From Chiloscyllium plagiosum (lineage: Eukaryota), in NCBI RefSeq assembly GCF_004010195.1, contig NC_057718.1, positions 35,732,235 to 35,796,234 on the forward strand: DNA of 64,000 nt. The letters are read 5' to 3'. Below, piece by piece: positions 52,430 to 64,000 of this stretch. The position numbers and the translations under genes were made by a program. Position 1 is the first letter of the stretch, and the number at the start of each line of letters is the position of its first letter. Under the pieces are notes generated by a model. The model saw nothing but the letters and a program-made list of their open reading frames with translations. It did no database searches and was not told the origin of the DNA.

Positions 52430-52832
52430 TGATTCTACTGGGGCACAGACAGCCTCACACAGGGCACCGCATACCTTCGATGCATTATCTAGGCCGACAT
52501 GGCACCTATTGTTAAAGTTCACTCAAGAATGTAACTTTAAAAAAGTTTTGGGATTTCCATATCAAAGAATTGAAACCAATATGGTCATTCTAACAGATGA
52601 GAGACTTAACAAAGAATACAGGTGTTTTTCAATATCTAATTTCATTTACAACACACTGTCAACTTTTGCTATAAATTCTGCGTCCTATGATCTTATACTC
52701 CACAACCACCTGATGAAGGAGCAGTACTCTGGAAGCTGGTGCTTCCAAATAAACCTGTTGCATTATAACCTAGTGTTGTGTGATTTTTAACATTGTACAC
52801 CCCAATCCAACATCGACACCTCCAAATCATGA
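52430..52832 (+). mobile_element. Penelope-like 3' fragment (family C) with decayed hammerhead core at about 52710-52738
   Basis: CTGATGA-A-GGAGcagtaCTCT-GgAAGCT. The downstream sequence matches the 18961-19296 family. Confidence 0.6.
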
Positions 52833-53032
52833 CAATTTAAGAAGCCTTTCCAGCAGAATTCACAAGAGATAAGCAATGTATTGAAGATGAATGATTGCAG
52901 TTGAGAAGGGAGACTGGAAAAGTTGGGAATGCATTCCTTAAATCCGAGACTAAGCAGTGGTTATACAGAAGCGGTCAATACATTAAGTGTTGCCAGAATA
53001 AGGATTCCAGTTATAGAAGAGGACACAGATTT

Positions 53033-53709
53033 CCAAGATGGCGTCAGACTAGGACACTTCAACCAGAGCTTGTCTGCTTCGCCCATTCTTATTTTGCTTC
53101 TCTTTCTTGTACCCACCTTTGTTTCTTTTCTATTTCTCTCCCAGCCTCCAATGACTTGACAACTTCAGGCCTCCAGTCAAATCCTGGCCTCTGGTCAACT
53201 CGAGACCTCAACGCACACAGGGATCTTCCCGATCTCGTGTAGCTGCCTCTCAACTTAGCGAAGCGGCCTCCTGGCCTGGCGTAGCAGTCTCCCGTGTCAG
53301 CCTCCCAGCACGTCATGGTGGCATGGCAGCCTCCCAGTTTACATGGCAGTCTTTCAGCCTAAAATAGCCTCAGCATGGTGTCCTGGTCTTGAGGCAATAT
53401 CAAAATAATCTCTCAGCCTCATGATCATCAAGGTGAAGTCTGGCATGGTCTGGAACCAAGGCCTGGTGGAGATTACAGGCTAGGTGCCAGTGTGGTCTGG
53501 GTTGTAAGGCCACTGTGCTGAACTTCTATTTCAGTAATACTGGACATTTTATTTCTCGATTTTCTAAGATCTTGTAACTGAATAAGTTGTTCCCAGGTAC
53601 CTTTGTACTTAAGATGGTCCTGTAAGTGACGACCTGTAAACATTTCACTGTAGTCATTTGAGTACATGTGACAATAAAGCCAAATCATTCATTCATTCAT
53701 TCATTCATT
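53033..53709 (+). mobile_element. Complete non-autonomous non-LTR element with 7-bp TSD
   Basis: TSD CAGATTT (53026-53032 and 53710-53716). Starts CCAAGATGGCG and ends tttcactgta..catgtgacAATAAA..(ATTC)n. Interrupts a CR1 3' fragment. Confidence 0.8.
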
Positions 53710-55083
53710 CAGATTTAAGGCAGCTGGCAAAAGGTTCAGAAGTGACAAAGGAAATAATCTTGTTTATGCAGCGATTTATAATAATCTAGAGCATATTGCC
53801 CGAAAGGGTGACTCAACAACTGCTCCTTTGATGCCATTCCTTCTTCTGATGAACAACAGTCACTCTGGGAATCCATATGCCTGTCATCTCAGAAAGATTT
53901 AGAATAAGCTATGTTCCAATACCACTTAGGATGTCTCACTCAGCTCTCTTTCTAGCACATTAATTATATCAATGCTATATTCTCTCCTCGCTACAAACTA
54001 TAAATTACATCAAATTTTATTCTAATTTCCATTTCTTCTGTGTCTTCATATAGTCCATCTAGTTGATTCTTCCCTTCCATATATTTACACCATAGAATAT
54101 TTACAGACCCAGACAAAGATAATTTTTCCTTCATTTTTTGTTGCATGACTTCACATCTAGCATTTTGATTTGATTTATTATTGTCACATGTATTGATACA
54201 GAGTGAAAAGTGTTGTTTTGCATGCTATACAGGCATATCATACCTGATTTAGGTATCCTTGTTATCCAAGTGGTCCAGGGATGAGTGTAGGGCCATGGAG
54301 ATGGCGTTTGCTGTGGACCTGTTGCGCCGATAGGCGAATTGCAATGGATTTTCTGGGTGTCTGAATGTTACAGCAATTTAAGTAGCCTGCTGCAAACATA
54401 AACAAGTCTCTTGTATATGAAAACAGAGGAATGGTTATAAGGACCATCAATGTCCTAACATTTATCAGGCACAATACTACCTTATTATCAGTACAATGTT
54501 TTGTGAAACAAGAAGCTTTTGATCTGACAAAGGATGGAAATTAACCTTCAAATTGAGGTGGGAAAGTCGACAACAGTCATTCCAGCATCTTGAAGAGCTG
54601 AAACAGCATAAATTTATTGCCACAGAAAGCTGGGGAGGCAAGGTCATTGAGATTCCTTAAGACAGAGATAGACAGATTCTCAATTGTCTAGGGGATCAAA
54701 GGTTATGGGGAGAAACTGGGAGAATGGGGTTGAGAAACTTATTAACCATGATTGAATGGTAAAGCAGACTCAAAGGGCCAAATTGCCTAATTTCTGCTCC
54801 TATGAACAGCCTCAATAGCAATAAGGAAGTAGGTGGGGAGAAACTGAGAGGAGCGAGAGGATCCAAGGAAATGAAGCAGACTTAAAGTTCTCCAACATCA
54901 TTACAAGGGAAGTACAAAGACAAAGCGCACGACTCCTCCATTCTACTGCACAACTTTGAGATGGATGAAACATTCACATCTGTCAGCCATATACTTTCTT
55001 TGCAAATTCATTTGTGTATCATATTTAAACAGCTATCACTTCAACTTAATAAACTATGAGAAATTTGCTACAAGTCGTCTACT

Positions 55084-55329
55084 AGAAGAAAGTGAGGACT
55101 GCAGATGCTGGAGATCAAAGCTGAAAATGTGTGGCTGGAAAAGCGCAACAGGTCAGGCAGCATCCAAGGAGCAGGAGAATCGACATTTCGGGCATGAGCC
55201 CTTCTTCAGGAACTCCTGAAGAAGGGCTCATGCCCGAAATGTTGATTCTCCTGCTCCTTGGATGCTGCCTGACCTGTTGGGCTTTTCCAGCTGCCTGACC
55301 TGCTGCGCTTTACCAGCAACACATTTTCA
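55084..55329. mobile_element. Palindromic Penelope-like insertion (family A) with two back-to-back hammerhead cores
   Basis: 17-bp TSD GCTACAAGTCGTCTACT (55067-55083 and 55330-55346). Inverted arms centred at about 55212. Cores at 55182-55209 (-) and 55216-55243 (+). Confidence 0.85.
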
Positions 55330-55391
55330 GCTACAAGTCGTCTACTGCCTACATTAGGTAACTGTGGTCATGAACTGCACTGTCCAAAATC

Positions 55392-55578
55392 AAAATAAAA
55401 ACCAAAAGAACTGCGGATGCTGTAAATCAGAAACAAAAACAGAAATTGCTGGAAAAGCTCAGCAGGTCTAGCAATTATCAGTTCTGGGGAAGGTTCAAGC
55501 GAAGCAAAATATTATCTCTGATCTTTCTCCACAGATGCTGCCAGGTCTGCTGAGCTTTGCCAGCAATTTCTCTTTTTT
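55392..55578. mobile_element. Penelope-like repeat (family B, other copies at about 34495-34625, 60330-60520 and 27370-27459)
   Basis: agaactgcggatgctg..gaaattgctggaaaagctcagcagg, with an inverted ..cacagatgctgccag..ctgctgagcttt arm. Confidence 0.6.
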
Positions 55579-56572
55579 GCGCTCCCCCACCCCAAAAAGT
55601 CAACACCTTTGCCAGTTCTCTGCAAGTATCAGCTGGTCCTACTATTGCAATCCTTTTTCATCACTCGGCAAATGATTTTGAGATAAATATCCAATTCTCC
55701 TCATGAGAATAATTCAAATTACCCTCCACCACATTTTCAGCAGTGCATTCCTAACCAGTCACTGCATAATAACATTTTTACCGCATGTTGCCGTTGGTTC
55801 TTTTGCCTTTGTTACTACTGCTTCTTAGCTATCACTGATAGATGAAAGTATAAAAACAGAGAATAAAGAAAACAAATGATGGTGAAGCAACATTTACCAC
55901 ACACACACAGATACACCCCAACACTCCCTGCTATTTTGATTACATATCTTCCCTTGGGATTCTATTCCATTTTCATAGTTTTTCCAATCTCCATAGCATC
56001 TGCTCCCACATTGCCAGCTTCACACCAATGTATCCAATATGATTTACTTTTCCAATAATTGTGGATTCCTCTATACTGTAGTTGACAGGATGTTGGCTGG
56101 AGTTAACTTACATACAAAACAGAAAGAAATTGGGCCTTCAAACCTGCTCCACAATTCAGTAAGATATTGGCTGATCTATCCTCATTTTGAATTCTACATT
56201 TTCATTGACCCTGGGTGACCTTTGCTTCCCTAGCCTAACAATGATATATTGATTACAATCTTAAAAATAGCCAATGACTGTACCTCCACTGCCTTCTGAG
56301 GCAAGTCGCACAATCCGCAAAAGGAAAAAAATCCCCAAATCAACCCAAAAAGCATGACACCAATTTTAATATATCTGAATTTCCAAAGCTTTCAATAAGG
56401 TGCCACACAGAAGACTATTAAACTGGATAGGAGTCCATGATGTTGAAGCAGTTTATTAGTACAGATACAGGGAAGAATAACTAATAAAAGACAGAGAGAA
56501 TTGGGGTCGGGGTCACTTCAGGATGACCTGTAACTAGTTGAGTGCCACAAAGATCAGTGCTGAGGCCACAAT

Positions 56573-58968
56573 TAGAGTCATAGAGACATACAGCATGGAA
56601 ACAGACCCTTCGGTTGAACTCGTCCTTGCCGATCAGATATCCCAATCCAATCTAGTCCCACCTGCCAGCACCCGGCCCATATCCCTCCAAACCCTTTCTA
56701 TTCATATACCCATCCAAATGCCTTTTAAATGTTGCAATACCAGGCTCCACCACTTCCTCTGGCAGCTCATTCCATACATGTACCACCCTCTGTGTGAAAC
56801 AGTTGCCCCGTAGGTCTCTTTTCTATCTTTCCCCTCTCACCCTAAGCCTTTGCCCTCTAGTTCTGGACTCCCCAACCCCAGGGAAAAGACTTTGCCTATT
56901 TACCCTATCCATGTCCCACATAATTTTGTAAACCTCTATAAGGTCACCCCACAGCCTCTGATGCTCCAGGGAAAACAGCCCCAGCCTCTTCAGCCACTCC
57001 CTATACCCAAATCCTCCAACCCTGGCAACATCCTTGTAAATCTTTTCTGAACCCTTTCATGCTTCACAACATCATTCCGATAAGAAGGAGACCAGAATTG
57101 CATGCAAGACACCAACAATGGCATAACCAATGTCCTGTACAGCCGCAACATGACCTCCTAACTCCTATACTCAATACTCTGACCAATAAACGAAAGCATA
57201 CCAAACACCTTCTTCACTATCTTATCCACCTCCGACTCCACTTTCAAGGAGCTATGAAACTGCACTCCAAGGTCTCTTTGTTCAGCAACACTCCCTAGGA
57301 CCTTACCATTAAGTGTATAAGTCCTGCTAAGATTTGCCTTCCCAAAATGCAGCACCTCACAATTATCTGAATTAAACTCCATCTGCCACTTCTCAGCCCA
57401 TTGGCCCATCTGATCAAGATCCTGTTGTAATCTGAGGTAACCCTTTTCGCTGTCCACTACACTTCCAATTGTGGTGTCATCTGCAAACTCACTAACTGTA
57501 CCTCTTATGCTTGTATCCAAATCATTTATGTAAATAACAAAAAGTAGAGGACCCAGCACCGATCCTTGTGCACTCCACTGGTCACAGGCCTCCAGTCTGA
57601 AAAGCAACCCTCTACTACCACTCTCCGTCTTCTACCTTTGAGCCAGTTCTGTATCCAAATGGCTAGTTCTCCCTGTATTCCATGAGATCTCACCTTGCTA
57701 ATCGGTCTCCCATGGGGAAACTTGTCGAACGCCTAACTGTAGTCCATATAGATCACATCTACCTCATCAATCCTCTTTGTTACTTCTTCAAAAAACTCAA
57801 TCAAATTTGTGAGACATGATTTCTCAAAGCCATGTTGACTATCCCTAATCAGTCCTTGCCTTTCCAAATACATGTACATCCTGTCCCTCAGGATTCTCTC
57901 CAACATCTTGCCCACCACCAATGTCAGGCTCACTGGTCTATAGTTCCCTGGCTTGTTTTTGCCACCCTTCTTAAACAGTGGCACCACGTTAGCCAACCTC
58001 CAGTCTTCTGGCACTTCACCTGTGATTATCGATGATACAAATATCTCAGCAAGAGGCCCAGCAATCACTTCTCTAGCTTCCCACAAAGTTCTAGGGTACA
58101 CCTGATCAGGTCTTGGGATTTATCCACCTTTACCCATTTCAAGACATCCAGCACTTCTTCCTCTGTACTATGGACATTTTACAAGATGTCACCATCTATT
58201 TCCCTACAGTCTATATCTTCCATATCCTTTTCTACAGTAAATACTGATGCAAAATACTCATTTAGTATCTTCCCCATTTTCTGCGGCTCCACACAAAGGC
58301 TGCCTTGCTGATTTTTATAGGGCCCTATTCGCTCCCTAGTTACCCTTTTGTCCTTAATGTATTTGTAAAAACTCTTTGGATTCTCCTTAACCCTGTTTGC
58401 CAAAGCTATCTCATGTCCCCTGTTTGCCCTCCTGATTCCCCTCTTTGAGTATACTCCTACTTCCTTTATACTCTTCTAAGGATTCACTCGATCTATCCTG
58501 TCTATACCTTACATATGCTTCCACTTTTTCTTAAGTCATCCAGCATTCCCTATACCCACCAGCCTTTCCTTTCACCCTAACAGGAATATACTTTCTCTGG
58601 ATTCTCGTTATCTCATTTCTGAAGGCATCCCATTTTCCAGCTGTCCCTTTACCTGCGAACATCTGCCCCCAGTCAGCTTTCGAAACATCCTGCCTAATAC
58701 CATAAAAATTGGCCTTTCTCCAATTTAGAACTTCAACTTTTAGATCTGGTCTATCCTTTTCCAACATTATTTTAAATCTAATAGAATTATGGTCGTTGGC
58801 CCCAAAGTGCTCCCCCACTGACACCTCAGTCACCTGCCCTGCCTTATTTCCCAAGAGTAGGTTAAGTTTTGCACCTTCTCGAGGAGGTACATCCACAACA
58901 CTGAATCAGAAAATTGTCTTGTACACACTTAACAAATTCCTCTCCATCTAAACCCTTAACACTATGGC
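56573..58968 (-). mobile_element. CR1 LINE (ORF2 with tail) inserted in an older + CR1 (about 56370-59510)
   Basis: [26 protein letters not shown] and SEFADD motifs. Close in sequence to 45410-48458. Confidence 0.9.
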
Positions 58969-61499
58969 ATATTTACTATGCATTAATGATTTGGATGAGG
59001 GAAGTGAATGTATATGGCCAAGTTAGTGGATCACACAAAAGTAATACGAAGGCAAGTGGTGAGCATGTCTCAGGGTCCAAAAAGGGAAAGAAACTGGTTA
59101 AGTGAGTGGGCAATACTTGGCAGGTAGAATAGAATATTAGAACGTGTGATGTTATGCACTTTGGCAGGAAGATTAGAGGAGATGAATATTGTTTAAATGA
59201 AGAAAGACTGCAGAAAGCTACAGCACAGATGGATTTGAGAATCCTCAGGCATAAGTCACAAAAAGATTACTGGGAATTAAAGTTTTTGAGTAAAGGCAAG
59301 GAAATGGAGTTGAGGATTATCAAGGATATTGGTACAACTTTGTTTGTATCACTGGTGAACCACAGGAATCAGTGCTGGATCCCTTATGTTTAAATACATC
59401 ATGAACTATATAGAAGATGTGGGGGGAAATGAAAAGTAAGTTTGTAGACAACACAAAGATTGACCAGGTGGCTGACGGTAAGGAGGCAGGACTTATGTTA
59501 CAGGAATGTACGAACAAATTGATCTCTCCGCCAACCAACATCAAGTAGCAAGCTCCATTTCTCACTGATTCATTATTTTCTTTATCATCTGCTCCTACAC
59601 ACCCATACTGCCCACCCATATGGCAGAGAAGCAGCATTAAGAAAAGGCTGCAATAAAGATTTATTTCAAGTAAACTTAATTCATTTCGTTCTTTTTAAAA
59701 ATGCAACAATAAAGTTAGATGATGTTTAAAAACAAAGTTTGGAGCCTCAAAATGTATTTTTAAAATCCAGAGTAGCTCCTTGACTTTTCTGATTAACATG
59801 TTAAAAACACTAATGATGAAAAAAGATTGCATTTACCGCACATGTTAATTATGATTAACTGGACGGCATAATAAATTGTAGAGTAAAAGCTGTACTGGGT
59901 ACGTCTGTATACAAGTCTGTTCACAAGTGTAATTAAAATCAGTTAAATAACTCACGTTATTTTAATAATAAATTATTATTCAAATGTAATAAAACCACCT
60001 CAATATAAATCTCTTATGAATTATGGACTATTGCTTATGAAGGAAACACTGGAAGGAAATTACTGCATCGTTCTAAATATGTCAGAGAAGCAGTTCTCCC
60101 AAAGTAGAGTTACCAATTTTACATCAGTAAAACAAAAAATTTCAACTTTAGCCAATTTTATCAAATCGCCAAACAGTTGCAGCCTTTTAAATGTAAATTC
60201 TATACAAGTTAAGTTAATCTACTTATTGAATGGACAAAACATGAGAATAGCATTAAATATAATAGAAAACTGTTTTAAAAGGTTATCAATAAATATTCAA
60301 AAAGGAAACAAAGAGAGAGTAAATAAGTAAAATAAAACAAAAGAATTGTGGATGCTGGAAATCTAAAACAAAATCAGAAACAGCTGGAGAAATCAAACAG
60401 GTCGGCAGCATCTGTGGAGAAAAAGCAGAGTTACCTTTTCAAGTCCACTTCTTAAGGAAGGTCAATAACTCAAAACATTAATTCTGCTTTCTCTCCACAG
60501 ATGCTGCCAGACATATTGAGAGTAAGTATTGTTCAAGTTGAATACGGGCAGCAAGTGGCAGGAGAGTGCAAGATTCAATTTAATCTCTGCATATTTAGAT
60601 TATTTTGATGTAGGTATTCGAAACATAGCTCAGAATTTTCTGATTCCACAAAGGTAATTTAGAAACCATCTACGCAGCAGTCAAAGACTTCAGAAGAACA
60701 TAGTGAAATAAACAGACTGGTGGTAGATGAAATTTCATGTTGAGATGTATGTGCGCTTACACAGCATGGGAAAAAAAACACATGAATTAGGAGTAAAGAC
60801 TCAATGAATACAAGACCATAAGAAATAGGGGTGTATGCTATTTGGTCCCTCATATCTGCTCTTCCACTCAATAGTATCATGGCTGATCTGACATTCTTCA
60901 CATCCATTTTAATGCCCTTTCCCCATAGCCCTTGATTTGCCCATTGATCAAGAATATACAGTTTATAACGCATCATTTTTCCAAACTGAGAGTACAAGTG
61001 AGTGTACTATTTTAAAATAGAGGCAACCATGAATGAAGTCGTAAGAAAAGTGTGGAGAAGTATATTTGTACACACCTCAGTTATGACACAATTACAAATA
61101 CTGGTCTCAGTTTGGACATTTCACAATAGACGGCACATTAAAACTATAGTGACCATACAAGGATAAATTTACCAAAATGATGCAGAAAATAATTTACAGA
61201 GCCTATGTTTGAATCATGACAATAAGTTTCAGATCAATTGACTGTACTGACAAATTTTATCAAGGTCACAAACAAGATCCAATGTGACTGCAGCAAAGGT
61301 GGAATTTTTCTTCTTTCTGCAGCCATCCTCCAACACTCCTCTGACATGGTCAAAGAATCAATTATAATGGCTCCTTTTCCTCTGTTCCTTAACTACCAAC
61401 TCCACTCTTCTCCCTAGCAACAGACTAGAGATAATCCAGATTTGTCACATTAGATTCTGAGATGAACATCAGATCGCATGCTCAAGCATCGCTAAGAGA

Positions 61500-62895
61500 G
61501 CCTATTTGTCCATTAAATCACCTGGCTACCCATCTCAGCTCAAAACCTTCACTGCTAAAACCTTCATTCGTACCTTGCTTATCAGCCCTGGCGAGTCACC
61601 CACATTCTATGATAAAGTCATAGAGATGTACAGCATGGAAACAGACCCTTCGGTCCAACCCGCCCATGATGACCAGATTTCACAACCCAATCTAGTCCCA
61701 CCTGCCAGCACTCGACACATATCCCTTCAAACCCTTCCTATTCATATTCCCAGCCAAATGCCTTTTAAATGTTGCAATTGTACCAGCCTCCACTACTTCC
61801 CCAGGCAACACATTCCACATACGTACCACCCTCTGCATAAAAGAATTGTCCCGTAGGTCACTTTTATATCTTTTCCCTCTCACCCTAAACCTATGCCCTC
61901 AAGTTCTGGACTCCTCAACCCCAGGGAAAAGACTTTGTCTATTTATCCTATCTATGCCCCTCATAATTTTGTAAACCTTTATAAGGTCACCCCTCAGCCT
62001 CCGACGCCCCAGGGAAAACAGCCCCAGTCTGTTCAGCCTCTCACCGTAGCTCAAATTCTCCAACCCTGGGAACATCCTTGTAAATCTTTTCTGAACCCTT
62101 TCAAGTTTCACAAAGAGACCAGAACTGCATGCAATATTCTAACAGTGTCCTAACCAATGTCCTGTATAGCCGCAATATGACCTCCCAACTCCTGTACTCA
62201 ATACTCTGACCAGTAAAGGAAAGCATACCAAACGCCTTCTTCACTATCCTATCTACCTGCGACTCCACTTTGAAGGAGCTATGAACCTGCCCTCCAAGGT
62301 CCCTTTATTCAGCAACACTCCCTATGACCTTACCATTAAGTGTGTAAGTCCTGCTAAGATTTGCTTTCCCAAAATGCAGCACCTCACATTTATCTGAATT
62401 AAACTCCATCTGCCACTTCTCAGCCCACTGGCCCAGCTGATCAAGATCCCCATTGTAATCTGAGGTAACCTTCTTCACTGACAATTACACCTCCAATTTT
62501 GGTGTCATCTGCAAACTTACTAACTATACTCTTATGCTCACATCCAAATCATTTATGTAAATAACAAAAAGTAGTGGACCCAGCACCGATCCTTGTGGCA
62601 CTCCACTGGTCACAGGCCTCCAGTCTGAAAAACAACCCTTCACCACCACCCTCTGTCTTTACCTTTGAGCAAGTTCTGTATCCAAATGACTAGTTCTCTC
62701 TGTATTCCATGAGATCTAACCTTGCTAACCAGTCATCTATAAACTTTAGGTCATCCAAAACTCTCCTGACTGTGTCTTAATTCAACACAAGTTCCATTTC
62801 CTTACCACCTCTGCGCTCAATGACTTGCACTTGTTTCGGGTGCAGCAACATTAGGACTTTAAAGTTCCTGTTCATGTTTTCATATCCCTCCACAA
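61500..62895 (+). mobile_element. L2-like RT C-terminal fragment split by a CR1
   Basis: 62740-62893 reads approximately KL*VIQNS..VL..DLHL..VQQ..FKV..FISLH, resembling the L2 C-terminus. Confidence 0.55.
61615..62735 (-). mobile_element. CR1 3' portion
   Basis: KLERVQKRFTRM..RGDLIKVYKIMRG plus tail. AGTCAT occurs at both junctions. Confidence 0.9.
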
Positions 62896-62899
62896 AGAA

Positions 62900-63730
62900 A
62901 GAGGAACAGTTATGTTGACAGATTATGGAAAAATGTAAAAACAAACGGTTGTGCGTGATTTTAAACTTCCCTTATATTGACTGGGAATCGCCTAGTACAG
63001 GGGCTTGGATAAGGGTGAATTTGTTGGGTGTGTCCAGGGCCATTTTATTGAAACGATGTGTGAACAGTCCAGCTAGGTAAGGGACCATACTAGACCTGGC
63101 ATTGGGGAATGAGCCCGGCCAGGTAATTGAAGTTGCAGTGAGGGAGTATTTCTGGAACAGTGACCATAATTCTGTAAGTTTGAAGCTACATATCGATAAA
63201 AACAAGAGTAGTCTTCGGGAGAAAGTATTAAATCGGGGGATGGTTAACTACCACAATATTATGCAGGGACTGAGGAATGTAAATTGGGGGCAGCTGTCTG
63301 TCAACCCAGATCTGGCATGTGGGAATCTTTTTAAGGCCAGTTGGTTAGAGTTCAGGACCACAATGTGTCTGTCAAAATGAAGGAGAAGGATAGCAAGATT
63401 TGGATGACAAAGAAATTAAGAGCTTAGTCAAAAAGAAAAAGGAGGCATTCGCAAGGTTTAGAAAACTGAAGGCCCTCGAAGAATGCAAAGGAAAAAAAAC
63501 TCAAACTAGGAATGAAGAAGGGTAAAAGGAGCCACAAAATGTCTTTGGCCAACAGGATTAAGGAAAATCTCAAGGCATTTTATACATTTTTTGGAACAAG
63601 TAGGGAGCTAGGGAAAGAGCAGGTCCATTTAAGGCCAAAGGAGGGAATTTATACATGGATCCGGAGAAAGTGGGTGAGATCCTTAATGAACACTTTGCAT
63701 TGTATTCACAACATGTCAATATAAAAAAGG
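62900..63730 (+). mobile_element. CR1 ORF2 fragment
   Basis: GNEPGQV..SDHNSV and LANRIKEN. Confidence 0.8.
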
Positions 63731-63733
63731 AAG

Positions 63734-64000
63734 AGGTCATAGAGATGAACAGCATGGAAATAGGCCCTTCGGTCCAACTCGTCCATGTTGACCACCTCTC
63801 TTATGTAAACCTAGTCCCATTTGCAAGCATTTGGCCCATATCTCTCTAAACCCTTCTTATTCATATACACATCCAGATGCCTTTCATTTGTTGTAATTTT
63901 ACCAGCCTCCACCACTTCCTCTGGCAGCTCATTCCATACACGTACCACCCTCTGCATGAAAAACTGCACCTTTGGTCTCTTTAAGTTTTCTCCTCTAATC
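63734..64000 (-). mobile_element. CR1 3' end (continues past the window)
   Basis: gaggtcatagagatgaacagcatggaaa is the reverse complement of the CR1 tail. Confidence 0.85.

Noticed and set aside
42351..64000. Preceding MTA3 exon (RGKCSV.LLNETE-like)
   Set aside because: Not found by eye. It is probably beyond the window, though a short exon could have been missed.
1..64000. Prokaryotic-type system (CRISPR, retron, operon)
   Set aside because: This is spliced vertebrate gene context, all RT-like ORFs are LINE fragments, and there is no repeat-spacer array.

Overview
Vertebrate genomic DNA, most likely a cartilaginous fish (shark), inferred from HE1-type SINEs, abundant CR1 LINEs and a DeuSINE-like relic. 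The window appears to lie inside one minus-strand gene, an MTA3-like NuRD subunit. Three coding exons are present (42233-42350, 22285-22387, 7114-7213; 118+103+100 nt, canonical AG/GT sites, matching phases), separated by introns of about 19.8 and 15.1 kb. The remainder is nested transposon debris: CR1, L2, RTE and Rex1-like LINEs, SINEs, a Tc1/pogo-type MITE, solo LTRs, a Gypsy gag relic and a 611-N gap. Highlights are (i) minimal hammerhead-ribozyme cores in several Penelope-like repeat families, two in the host pre-mRNA sense; (ii) a fossil Copia (GalEa-like) element hosting a four-level nested insertion series; (iii) a young CpG-rich solo LTR with a perfect 5-bp TSD; (iv) several templated-insertion and fold-back repair scars; (v) a perfect 22-bp palindrome resembling a Helitron/Helentron end. 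Family names come from remembered motifs, not database searches. I found no evidence for a wholly new protein-coding system.
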